Assembly: GCA_951406725.2 (NCBI GenBank)
Contig: OX597817.1
Span: forward strand, 136,214,001-136,278,000
Direction: 5' to 3'
Source of the DNA: Octopus vulgaris
Lineage: Eukaryota
Length of the DNA: 64,000 nt
Made by a program: the position numbers and the translations under genes. Of this stretch, positions 26,271 through 39,165 are shown piece after piece (positions within the stretch are counted from its first letter, which is position 1; every line of letters begins with the position of its first letter). The notes beneath the pieces are model-generated. The model saw nothing but the letters and a program-made list of their open reading frames with translations, made no database searches and had not been told where the DNA came from.

Positions 26271-29200
26271 CTACTTCCTCTCCTGGACCCCTGTGTTAAA
26301 AATACTCAGGATGCATCATGTGTCCAATTACAAATTATGTCATTCCCTTCAACATTTAGCTTTTCCTCCTTTTGATGGAGTCTTTGATTATTCCTGAGCT
26401 AAGTTTTAGGTTATTGTTATGCTGCAAATTTCATGATTGCTCCAAAATCTCCAGATTGATTGAGCTATTTTTGATGTCCTTCATCTGATGTATGAAACTG
26501 ACCTCTTTTAATGACATGCTGCCCCAAATTATGACATTACCAATAGCTTAATTAAGTGCCAGATCCTGATTGGTCATTGGATGGACACTTGGCTGTCAAA
26601 ACTAAACCAACTCACTCTCAAATCACTTGACCCTGGTGCTGGTTGCTGGAGCCTACCGGTGAGTATTTAGAAGGAAATTTGGCAGGATGGTCAGTCACCT
26701 GTTGACATTCATTGACGCTGCATTGAAGAAACCAAAGAACAAAAGAAAAAAGGAGAAAGGGAAAAAGCATTCAACACCAGAGCTGAAGACACCTCTGAAA
26801 AAGTGGGGGCACCATGTCGCAAATGTTAGAGGATTAGGGGCCGAAACTGGATGTAGTTCCTCCTGATGATGTCTTTAGCCACTGGATCCTATAAAAGAAC
26901 TGTTGAGGTAGCGAACCACGAACCATGATTGGAATTCCCCATTTGATCAATGAGAGAAAACTTTGTTTTGTATTTCCTAGTGAACATTAAGAAAAACCTG
27001 TTTTTCATAGAAATAAAAGTACAATAAGCACCACAAGCTGGAATTTCTTTGGTCAATGTCTGATAATATTATCCATGTGCAAAATCATTCTCAATCAAAA
27101 GAGTAGTGTACACAGCAGAAGATATACCTTTTGTCCCCACTTCTACTCCAACTGTCAATCCCCTAAGAATGGAATGTGAGTCAACCTTTGCTGAAGATGA
27201 ACCTCAACAGATACCCTGCAGTATCGCACAGGCCAACACAAACAACTACAACAACAGCAAACTCAATAAAAACTAAGTGTTCTCTTACTCCTCCTCCTAC
27301 AGCAATAACAACAACAACAGTGACAATAACAAAAATAAAAATATGTACAACAATAACAAAAACTGCAACAACAGCAACAGAATCAAATCATCAGCAAACA
27401 CAAACTGAAAATCAATCCCATTGGCAGAGATTGACTTATATGTAGAAGACAACACACAGAGTTTAATCCTAGGTAGTGGCACGGGTTAGCCAGTAGGGCA
27501 GAATGTCACTACTGCCTCATATTGCTTTCCCCTTCTCACATGCCATAGTGACAGACAGGATTACAAAAAAAAAAAAAGCATCTACAGAGGATAACAAAAA
27601 CATACAGAATGTAATAAAGATAGATACAGAGGGTAATATAGACATATACAGTGGATAATAAAAGTCACATACAGAGTGTAATTAAAGACATATACAGAGG
27701 ATCTGGAACAGTAGTGGCACTGTGACATTTCGCACCAAATATTCACTTGCTATTCAAACAAATGGTATTGAAACAGTGCTATGGTGGTGTTCCTAAATAC
27801 GAAGAGTTTTTACCCTGTGCAATGAGAGATTTAGGGCTCCTGGAATAATTAAACAATAGTAGAGTACAAAGACTGTTCCTTTTCATGTGGTTTGGCAAGG
27901 TTTTAAGATCCTATCTACCCGGTGTATTTTGATCACTGTTAGGTTGGGTGATAGTCACCACCTTTACAACTGCACGATTCTTAACAAAAGATTCTATGCT
28001 TTCTGACTGGAAGATCATATGTTAATCTTAGATAATCCTGCTATATTCTTATCGTAGAAGAACCAAACAAAGCAAATGCTCTTAAGCAAAATAATTATTG
28101 TGTTCTTTGAGTTAGCACCTAGTGGTACCTTGCAAACTGAAACAACATCAAAAGATTCCTTTGTTCAAGAATTTTATTGTAATTTTACACACAAATACAC
28201 ACATATACTTACATATATGCACACAAATATTTACATATACACACACAAACACGTGATTATATATACACAAAAACACGCTCACACATGTATATACAAACAC
28301 ATACACATACATTCACTTACAAACATATACTTACACACACACATACATATACAAATACATACGCAATCACACTTATACTTACATACACAGATAAATACAC
28401 ACATATACAGTGACAAGTGGGTTAATATATACACATTGATAGATGAGTGCTTATTGGTTTATGTTAAGCACATGTGCATAGTTAAATGCATATGTACACT
28501 CACACACATGTATACATACATACGTATGTACGTACATACGTACGTATGTACATACATACAAATACATACATGTATACATACATACATAGACACATACATG
28601 TATACATATGTACATATATATATACATATATATACATATATATACTTACACACACACACATATACATATGGACATAAATACATACACGCATACATGTATA
28701 CAAACGTACATATATACATACATACATACCACACATATGGACTTCAATAAATGCTTTTATACTACTTTTATACGCATCAACATACATATATGCATATCTA
28801 CATACATACACACACAAACACCTTCACACACATTCATAAACACATACATGCATCCAAGCATACATATATACATCTGCATAGACAACACATACATAAAAAC
28901 ACACATATACATACAAACATACATACTTACACACAAAAATATACATCTACATACATATAAATACATGTACACACACACACACACACACATTAATTCCCAA
29001 AGCAAATCCAATTTGTTTTGGGAATGAAGATTGGCAAAAGGGGCTGCCCATATTGACTGTCCGTTCCCTAGTGGTTGATAAATCCACCACAGGATTAGGA
29101 AGAGACCCTATCACTCTGGCTGCAAGGGAAATTCTGTCCCAGGTTTGGAGCTGCAAGGTCACAGTTCTTATTTTGTCAAAAACATCTCTAAATGAGTTCT

Positions 29201-29696
29201 TGAAGGAAAGGTGGTTGATATGTCATCCAGATTCACTTATTGGATGCTTAAAAAGGCCACTATCTATGTACCAACATATATATATATCAATATAGATATG
29301 TGTGTACACACATACATACACATATATACGTATATTCTTTTATTCTTTTTTAGTCATTTGACTGCAGCCATGCTGGAGTACCACCTTTAGTCAAACAAAT
29401 CGACACTACAACTTATTCTTTGTAAGCCTAGTACTTATTCTGCTGGTCTCTTTTGCCAAACTGCTAAGTTATGGGGACATAAACACACAAGCATTGGTTG
29501 TCAAGTGATGTAGGGGGAACAAACACAGACAGACAAACATATATATATATATACACGACAGGCTTTTTTCAGTTTCTTTCTATCAAATCCACTCACAAGG
29601 CTTTGGTCGGGCTGAGGCTGTAGAAGACACTTGCCCATGGTGCCACGCAGTGGGACTGAACCTGGAACCATGTGGTTGGTAAGCAAGATACTTACC

Positions 29697-29799
<103 letters not shown>

Positions 29800-29800
29800 C

Positions 29801-29834
<34 letters not shown>

Positions 29835-29870
29835 GCATATAGACACATGCATATATATATGTACATACTG

Positions 29871-29917
<47 letters not shown>

Positions 29918-30325
29918 TAAACAATTTCATTTGAAATTACGTCAGCAAATAGCCACAGTGAAAACTACAAATGTATATATGGCATGTGTGTATGAATGTT
30001 TATATGTATGCTTGCGTAACTGATTGTATATGCATGTCTGCATAGCTGTATATATCTACACATACACACACATATGATATATGTATCTACATATGCATAT
30101 ACATACACGAATCTACATCAATAAATTATGCAGACATATGTGAATACATAGCTTAACAATGGACACAGCTTGTTTGTGTGTGTGTGTGTATATATCTTAC
30201 ATACATATCTGTAGCTCAGTAGAGTTTATCTCCCTGCATCTTGAGTATGTATGTCCTAGCTCTATACAGCCTACCTTCTCATACCTCATGTGGATACAGC
30301 TTGTTTTCTTACACTTCATGTATGC

Positions 30326-30359
<34 letters not shown>

Positions 30360-31138
30360 TATCTTTCTAAACCTCATATATGTCCAGCTCTCTATATATA
30401 CCTCATATACACAACGCTAGTTTTTCTATAACTAACATCAACAGCAATATCAAAATCTAATCAAATGAAAATTGTAGTTGTGATCCCTGTGCCGGTAGCA
30501 TGTAAAAAGCACCATCCGAACGTGGCCGATGCCAGTGCCACTTTGATTGGCTTCAGTGCTGGTGGCACGTAAAAACCACCATCCGATCCTGGTCGATACC
30601 AGCTCTCCTGATCTCTGTGCCAGTGGCACATAAAAAGCACACACTACAGTCTCGGAGTGGTTGGCATTAGGAAGGGCATCCAGCTGCAGAAACACTGCCT
30701 GATCTGATTGGGGCCTGGTGCAGCCTCCTGGTTTCTCACACTCCAGTCGAACCGTCCAACCCATGCCAGCATGGAAAACGGACGTTAAACGATGATGATA
30801 ATGATGATATATATCATCATCATCATCGTTTAACGTCCGCTTTCCATGCTAGCATGGGTTGGACGGTTCAACTGGGGTCTGGCAAGCCCGAAGGCTGCAC
30901 CAGGCCAGTCAGATCTGGCAGTGTTTCTACAGCTGGATGCCCTTCCTAACGCCAACCACTCCGAGAGTGTAGTGGGTGATTTTATGTGCCACCGACACAG
31001 GTGCCAGACGAGGCTGGCAGACGGCCACGCTCGGATGGTGTTTTTTATGTGCCACCGACACAGGTGCCAGACGAGGCTGGCCATACATACTTCTATTAAA
31101 GCTGCAAATTGTGTGTGTATATATACACACACATGCAC

Positions 31139-31169
<31 letters not shown>

Positions 31170-31388
31170 GCTTATACCTACATAGTTTGTCTTTATATAA
31201 TTTACATATGTGTGTGTATGTGTGGTGTGTGTGTGTGTATATGCCTGCATCTACATATATATGTTTTTCTTTGGGGTTTAAGTTCTTTACCAAATTCCTG
31301 CCAGTTCCTAACAAAATAACAAGGTTTCCTTGTTTGAATGAAAACAGTTCAAAGGATTTCTGAAAACGTGAGTGAGCATAAGTGTGTT

Positions 31389-31419
<31 letters not shown>

Positions 31420-31504
31420 GTGCCTGTAAATATACATAAGTGTATGTGTGAATAATTTGAGTGAGTGTATATAAGCGTTTATATAAGCATGTGTAATACT
31501 TGAG

Positions 31505-31655
31505 TGAATGAGTGGAGGAAACCTGTGGAAGAGGAAGACCCAGGAAGATGTGGGACAAAGTGTTGAGAAATGATCTTCAGAGGTTGAGCCTCACAGAACA
31601 GATGACAAAGGGCTGCGATTTTTAGCGATTTGCTGGGCTTGAGAAGACCCATCGA
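31505..31655 (+). mobile_element. RTE LINE 3' ORF fragment
   Basis: VEETCGRGRPRKMWDKVLRNDLQRLSLTEQMTK; homologous pieces on minus at about 48040-48180 and 48560-48800. Confidence 0.75.
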
Positions 31656-33249
31656 GTTAAAATCCAGGACATAAAAACATGTCTTTTATAGCCATGCCAC
31701 CACCACCATCACAACCCATCCTCCACTCCAATATATTCACCCATTCCCTGCCCATGCTCACCACCCCTCCATCCTCCCTTACATACTTCTCTGCACACAA
31801 TATGTTCTTGTTGAATCCCTTCCCCACTATATATACTCCTAATAACTCTCCCCCTGCCGCTACCTGTGTCCACTCCCTACATCCCCACCACTACTAGCTC
31901 TCACTCACCCTCTCCATTCCCTGGTTCACTTCCCTATATACACCTTCCAGTAACTTGGTTTTATGGCCTCGCCCCCTTCCCCATCACATTTTCCTCATCT
32001 TCTCTTTTTCCCCTCTCCCTATCCACACACTCTCTCTCTCTTTCACGCCATCTGAGGCAGTCATATTTTCTTTGTAATGTAAAGCATCTTCTTCTGTCTC
32101 TCTATCTGCGCCAATGTAGGGGACCTTGCCCTGCAAGTTACTTGGTGGCCTCACTGCTGCTGGTGCCACACAAAATCATTCATAAAGTGGTTGGTGTTAG
32201 GGGGGAGGAGGGGGGCTCCAGCCGTAGAAACCATTTCAAAGAAGACAACGATGCCTAGTGCAGCTTTCTGGTTTGCCAGTTCCTGTCAAACCGTCCAACC
32301 CATGCCAGCAGGGAAAATGGACATTAAATGGTGATGATGATTTGAACAGCTACTGATGATATGTGTGGAATCTTCCATACTTGTATGGCACAATCAATGA
32401 TCTCAATCCCAGTGTGGAGACTCGGAGGTGTCCTTTCTTCTTTTGTTAAAAAGTGATTTTGTAGTTCTCTCTTCTTGGATAGCAGCAGTACAACCTTTGA
32501 AACATGGCAGGTCTGAGAGTGGCTACCATCCCTGTCAATGTTGATATTGTCTAACTTGCAGCATATTTAGCCATGCATAACTTTCTGCTTGCATGTTGAG
32601 CATTTCTACTCCAAGACCACCCTGCCCACACTATTATAAAGCAGCTAGTATTAAGATGGGTAACCAGCCATGGAAACCTTGCCAAAGCTGACTTCCAAGC
32701 CCAACACTGCTCTCTGGCTCACTGGACCCTGCCAAATCATCCAACCCATTCCAGCATGGAATCATCATCATCATTGTTTAACGTCCACTTTCCATGCTGG
32801 CATGGGTTGGACAGTTTGACTGGGGCCTGACTAGCCAGGTCACTCTGGGCTCCAGTTTAATCTGGCAATGTTTCTACAGCTAGATGCCCTTCCTAATGCC
32901 AACCACTCCGAAAGTGTAGCAGGTGCTTTTTAAGTGCCACCAGCACAAGAGCTAGTCAGGCAGCACTGGTATCGGCCATGTTTGGATGGTGCTTTTTATG
33001 TGTTACTGGCACAGGAGCCAGCCAAGGGGTACTGGCATCAGCCACGTTTGGATGACCCACACATACATGGTACTTATTACATGCCACCAGCATTGGAGCC
33101 AGTCAGGCAGCACTGGCATCAGCCACAACTACAATTTCCATTTGATTATGATTTGACTTGATTTTGATTTTACTTGACTCAAAAGGTCTCCTTAAGCATG
33201 ACGATGAGTTCCACCATTCTTGGTTCACATGGGACAGCTGTGCACTCAA

Positions 33250-33604
33250 AGTACTTCTTCAGGAGTTCTTCACCTAATCTCATGATGATGCTATTTTCAT
33301 TTTTAAGTACACATAAAATATACTCCTTCCTCTTTTTGCTGTTCAGTGGATGCTGTCCAAGTGACATGATGCAGCACTCAGGTGCTGTTTGGACTAACCA
33401 TTTGCCTCTACCATCATCTCTTTGCACAAGATAGATTCTGTCAGCATCACTGTCAATTTGGAAGCTACTTGTAGAGGTAAATATCCTTCTAGTTGTGGAG
33501 CTCATCAAGTGTCCAGCTGATTGTAAGTGACAGCATTGGTACAACAAGAGCCTTCTGGGGATATAGTCTGATGGAATGTTAAACATCTCTGACTGCCAGG
33601 TCAT
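33250..33604 (-). mobile_element. Decayed R4/Dong-like (RLE-type) non-LTR retrotransposon fragment
   Basis: STTRRIFTSTSSFQIDSDADRIYLVQRDDGRG resembles the RKTRK.LT....FHP.SD.DRLY.PR..GGRGL motif downstream of the RT. Confidence 0.55.
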
Positions 33605-35984
33605 CTGAGGAATTCATTTATTACTCTAGCTTTGCCCATGCATATGTATGCACGGATGGAAGCCCACATGCATGTAGCTAGTGTTCCTACACTGTCAGTG
33701 GAGAAAATTGTTGATATTGTAGTAATAATGTTTAGGCTGAGGTAATAGTAAAAGTATTGTGTCAATAATGTTTAAATTGCAGGAATAATGCTTACTCTCC
33801 TCTACAGCTCATATTCATCACCAACCACTCCTTCACCTTTGTTTAACAATATTCCTCCTACCCCTACCTCATCTCTCATCATCTACCACTCTCTTCCACC
33901 CCCATGCTTCGGCAACCTCTGCCCACCCATCCTTTCTGTGCTTCTGTCCCTATTCTCGCTTCCATTCATCTTCTTGTACTTTGAAGTTATACCCTGACAA
34001 CTTGTCAGACCCCTCCCATCTTTATGTCTCTATCCAGCTCTGCCATAAAGTAGCCATGCATCTCATCTTCAGTAATGAATCTCTTCCTATCCCTCAATCA
34101 TACTCTAACCTCAACACCTGGCATGAAACCACCCCTCTTTTTGCAATACTCCTAATCAGCCAAGGCAGAGGTGGCTGGGTGACTGGGTGGAGTCTTTATG
34201 TCTTGCAAATAACATGGTGACCTCACAGTTGCTGGTGCTATGAATAATAGCACCCAGTACTCTATAAAGTGAATGGCATTGAGAAAGCCAACTAACATTA
34301 GAAGCCATGCTGAAGGAGACACTGCAACATGATACAGTCCTCCTATTCATTGGGTCCTGTGAAGCCATTGAACCTATTCTCATGTGGGAATTCATTGGGT
34401 CCTGGGGAGCCATCTGACCTATTCTCATGTGGAAGACAGATATAAAATGACGACGGTAATAATTTTGATATTGTTATAATAATGTTGGAATTCAGTAAGA
34501 ATTTGTGTGAAGTAAGCAGTTGTTTCCACAGTGTTCAGGGTCCATGAGAGACCAGAGATGGTGATGACACACTTGGACAGTTGTAAGTAAATGATCAAGG
34601 GTAAAACATGAAAACTGTCCTAGAAAACATAATTTTGGAAAATGTTCAAAACAGAATGTTCAGTTTTATCTTTTAATATTTACTTGTTTCAGTCTTTAGA
34701 CTGCGGCCATGCTGGGGCAATGCCTCAAAGAATTTCAGTCGAATGAATTGATTCAATAACTTTTTCAAAGCTTGGTACTTATTCTATCAGTCTTTTTTGC
34801 TGAACTGCTATGTTATGAGGATGTAAACACACCAACACAGGCTGTCAATCGGTGGTGGCGACAAACACACACACATATGATGGGCTTCTTTCAGTTTCCA
34901 TCCACCAAATCCACTCACAAAGCTTTGGTTGGCCCAAGGGTCTACTATCACACAGTGGGACTGAACCTGGAATCATGTGATCGAGAAGCAAACTTCTTAC
35001 CATACAGCCACACCTGCACCTATGTAACAACTGTAATTACTGCTTCGTTAGGATTTTCAGAGGGCACAAAACACAGTAACATTAGTAAATTTTATTTGCA
35101 TTACTTCTTGACTCACCTTTGTGTATGCAAAGGTTAAGTCAAAAAGCAACACAAATAAAAATTGCATTACTTTCTGACTCAACCGAGTGTGTGTGTGTGT
35201 GTTTGTGTGTGTGAGCTGAAATACTGAATGTTCCTTTGTTGTTATTTTTGTTTGTTTTACACACACACACACATAAATATACAAATAAAAATGTGAAATA
35301 CAAATTACTTTTTCAGAGTTAATTACTCAACAGTAATCAAAAGTTGTGCTGTTTGATAAATACTTGCATTTTTAATTTCAAATTGTAACAATTTCAATAA
35401 TGCAGTCGCCACCATAAAGCGCTGCTGTCTGTAAGAAATGTTTTTATTCATGACATACAACCTAATTTCATTGCCTTCTGGTGTTTAAATCCATCCAGCC
35501 ATTGGAGGGTAACATGGACAAACAAGACCTTGTGGAGAAACTTGTGGTAAGGAGTTTGCCTCCCAACCACATGGCTCCAGGATCAATTCCAATGCATGGC
35601 ACCTTAGGCAAATGTCTTATACTATAGCCTCATGCTTACCAAAGCCTTGAGTAGATTTGGTAGATGGAAACTGAAAGAATCCCCTCATAGGTGTGTGTGT
35701 GTATTTGTCCCCCACCACTGCTTGACAACCAGTGTTGGTGTATTTATGTACCCATAACTTATCAGTTCAGCAAAAGGGGTCGATGAAGTAAGTACCAGGC
35801 CTAAGGAAAAAGTACTGGATGTCGATTGCCCCAGCATGGCCACAGCCTAATGACTGAAACAAGTCCAGTTGATAGAAGGTGTTGCACTTGTATCTATTTA
35901 TGTCTCTCCTGTTGACAGTTATGCAGACTTAGTGAGAGGCACCTTGGTCAAGGGCCCAATGCAGAAGCACTGGATACAGAATAT

Positions 35985-36200
35985 TCTTTTCTACTCTAGG
36001 TGCAAGGCCCGAAATCTTTGGGGAGGAGCTAGTCGATTAGATCGATCCCAGTACACAACTGGTACTTCATTTATCGACCCTGAAAGGATGAAAGGTAAAG
36101 TTGATCTCAGTGGAATTTGAACTCAGAACGTAAAGACAGAGGAAATACCGATAAGCATTTCGCCCGGTGTGGCGACGTTTCTGCCAGCTCGCTGCCTTAC
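35985..36200 (-). mobile_element. tRNA-headed SINE, family S3 (also about 44925-45110, 60630-60767, 61983-62156)
   Basis: Reverse complement begins aaggcagcgagctggcagaaacg...ttctgagttcaaattcc (A/B boxes) and ends gggccttgcacctagagtagaaa. Confidence 0.8.
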
Positions 36201-36382
36201 TGGACACACAATATTGAGCCATTGAGCTTTTCAGTCTAATTTCACCTAAAAACTAAACCAACCAAGACAGGAAGGGGTGATATGTCAGTGCCTTCAGCTT
36301 ATAGCTTATTACCAATACAACCATACAAAGTCGGAAACTATTGGATGAGAACAACAGTATTATATAGATAACAAGGGAATTT

Positions 36383-36794
36383 ACATTATTTACATTTGTC
36401 GGATATTTGTCCTCATCTTGTTTGTTGTTAACACAACATTTCGGCTGATACACCCTTCAGCCTTCATCTGGTGTCTTGGGGAAATTTCGAACCTGGGTTC
36501 TCATTCCTAAAGAATTTTTCGATGTTATTATTATTATTATTATTATTCAGGTCACTGCCTGGAATTGAACTTGGAATCTTGGGGTTAGTAGCCCGCGCTC
36601 TTAACTACTACGCCATATGCCCACGGGCATATGGCGTAGTGGTCTTAACCCGGGCTTGAAACTTCCCCAAGATACTTGATGAAGGCTGGAGGGAATATCA
36701 GCAGAAACGTGTTAACAACAAACAAGATGAGGACAAAAAATCCGTCAAATGTATATAATGTACATAAGTCCTCATCTCTTAAATATAGAACTAG
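36383..36794. mobile_element. Family A fold-back element with 13-bp target-site duplication
   Basis: Minus copy, hairpin junction ctacgccatatgccc-ac-gggcatatggcgtag, internally deleted plus copy with tail; aacaagggaattt at 36370-36382 and 36795-36807. Confidence 0.85.
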
Positions 36795-37431
36795 AACAAG
36801 GGAATTTGTCTGTTGGAACAGTGTGTAAGATATATGTCAGAAAGGGGCAAAGATGAATAACAACAGTAAAAGTGGGTTTTGTTGGATAAGATGATAACAA
36901 TGCCGGACGTGATCGGTTAACGAATGCCAACTAACAACACCATCAAATGCCATTCGTTGACATTGGAAGAATGCAGTTAAATTGATGGCACTGTCTTTTA
37001 CAATGAGACAATGGTAAAAACAGATGTGGGAGAGTAAGGCATTGGTGATACAGCAGTTAGGTCAGACGTGGGACTGTGGAGTTAGAGCTGTGTGATGACA
37101 GAGGATTGGAGGCACACTGTGTCACAGCTAGCAACACGCCAGTAACGATAGCAATAAGGTGGTGGTGGTGGTGGTGGTTGTGACAATAATGGTGATGATG
37201 TTGGCGGAGCTGATGCTGATGATAATAACAGAGCTGCATGGCAACATATAACGGCCTGTAGATAACATTTGATAAAACAATAATGATGTCTTTAGAATAA
37301 TCATAAAGATAAACTTTCTTTTAAGAATCATTTTAGCAGGTAAAAGAGACACAAATATTACTGGTATTTCATCGATACTGGAAGGACTGAAGAACACAAT
37401 GATATCTGGGCAAGCATATACATACATACAA

Positions 37432-37466
<35 letters not shown>

Positions 37467-37686
37467 TATATATATATTTGTACATATACATACACACACA
37501 CACATATATATTTGTACATATACATATACACACACACACACACATACACATATTTGTACATATACATACACACACATATATATATATATATATACATTTG
37601 TACATATGCATATACACACATACACAATAGATGCTATAGAGAGACAAGTCTGGTACGCAGCTGTTCAGAAAAAATACATTGCCATC

Positions 37687-37741
<55 letters not shown>

Positions 37742-38250
37742 TTTCATTTATTTGCCTCAAGGGTGAAGGATGAGGAGGACAATACAGAGAGAGAGACATA
37801 AAGTGTAGGGGTTTACATATAATGAAATGACAAAAAAAAATGTAAGAAAGAAAGTATACACGGTATACACTGAAAAAGAAGGGACACATACATAGCATAC
37901 AGAGGTTTAAAAACAACAACAACAACAACAACAACAATAAATATTAACAACAACAACAATAAACTCTATATACTGAGTAATTCTATACTTGTTTGATGTT
38001 TAGAAATGTGCCATATTGTGTAAATATTAATTATATGAGATTGCTAGTCCAATCAATACATAACGACTCTGGTAGTAATAAGTCATTTCAGACATTTGGT
38101 AGTTTGGAAAAAAATCCTCATAGAAATCCTTCAAATAGATGTGTGTACAAAGTGTGTGTGTGTTTATCTCCATAAACTGTGATACATATGCACCAATCTA
38201 TCTGCCTGCCTGCCTGTCTGTCTGTCTATGCACCTATCTATCTATCTATC

Positions 38251-38291
<41 letters not shown>

Positions 38292-38459
38292 CATAAGGGA
38301 CTAAAGCCATCTGAATATGGCTAGGGACAGGGCAGGGTGGTGGGGGTGTTACTGTTGCATTTAGCCCCAGGCGAACATCGACGTCACCAGAAAGGCTCGA
38401 CACCGTCACGGTGCCCTTAACCTGCAAAGGGAGGTAATTACCCGATGAAGCGGAAACCA

Positions 38460-38505
38460 CACACGGACCATGGTTTCAAGGTGTATTGCCTATCGTCGGC
38501 GTGTG
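38460..38505 (-). ncRNA. Type I hammerhead ribozyme, CCGACGA-core variant (inverted copy)
   Basis: Exact reverse complement of 38760-38805. Confidence 0.7.
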
Positions 38506-38759
38506 GTAGGCTTCCGCTTCCTCGACGAATCCTCACTCTGCAGGATATTCATATATAGATTTTCAAGCAAAATACATTTGCTGATTTCGAAAATCTGTTC
38601 GAAAGCAATAATGTTATCGAGCAGTTACTGTCTATATCTCTTTTAGAGAATTATTATTGCTTTCGAACAGATTTTCGAAATCAGCAAATGTATTTTGCTT
38701 GAAAATCTATATATGAATATCCTGCAGAGTGAGGATTCGTCGAGGAAGCGGAAGCCTAC

Positions 38760-38805
38760 CACACGCCGACGATAGGCAATACACCTTGAAACCATGGTCC
38801 GTGTG
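38760..38805 (+). ncRNA. Type I hammerhead ribozyme, CCGACGA-core variant
   Basis: cacacg-CCGACGA-tagg-caataca-cctt-GAAA-ccatg-GTC-cgtgtg. Helix I cacacg/cgtgtg, helix II agg/cct, palindromic helix III accatggt, GUC triplet with predicted cleavage after 38799. Confidence 0.72.
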
Positions 38806-39119
38806 TGGTTTCCGCTTCATCGGGGAATTACCTCCCTTTGCAGGTTAAGGGCACCGTGACGGTGTCGAGCCTTTCTGGTGACGTCGATGTTCGCCTGGGG
38901 CTAAATGCAACAGTAACACCCCCACCACCCTGCCCTGTCCCTAGCCATATTCAGATGGCTTTAGTCCCTTATGTTATCGAGCAGTTACTGTCTATATCTC
39001 TTTTAGAGAATTATTATTGCTTTCGAACAGATTTTCGAAATCAGCAAATGTATTTTGCTTGAAAATCTATATATGAATATCCTGCAGAGTGAGGATTCGT
39101 CGAGGAAGCGGAAGCCTAC

Positions 39120-39165
39120 CACACGCCGACGATAGGCAATACACCTTGAAACCATGGTCCGTGTG
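39120..39165 (+). ncRNA. Type I hammerhead ribozyme, CCGACGA-core variant (second tandem copy)
   Basis: Identical to 38760-38805, offset 360; predicted cleavage after 39159. Confidence 0.72.

Noticed and set aside
26826-26888. Possible minus-strand terminal exon DPVAKDIIRRNYIQFRPLIL*
   Set aside because: Only an acceptor-like site and 20 codons; no recognisable homology.
38331-38373. Pistol-like (ttagccccaggcg) and, on the other strand, twister-like (gtccctagc) words in the 360-bp unit
   Set aside because: The required stems and pseudoknots could not be built convincingly.
38445-38526. Possible SECIS element (ATGA followed by a stem)
   Set aside because: No GA opposite the ATGA and no correctly spaced apical AA.
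38805-39062. Repeated ORF MVSASSGNYLPLQVKG... in the 360-bp unit
   Set aside because: Non-ATG start, no recognisable domain and different C-termini between copies; the RNA structure explains the sequence better.
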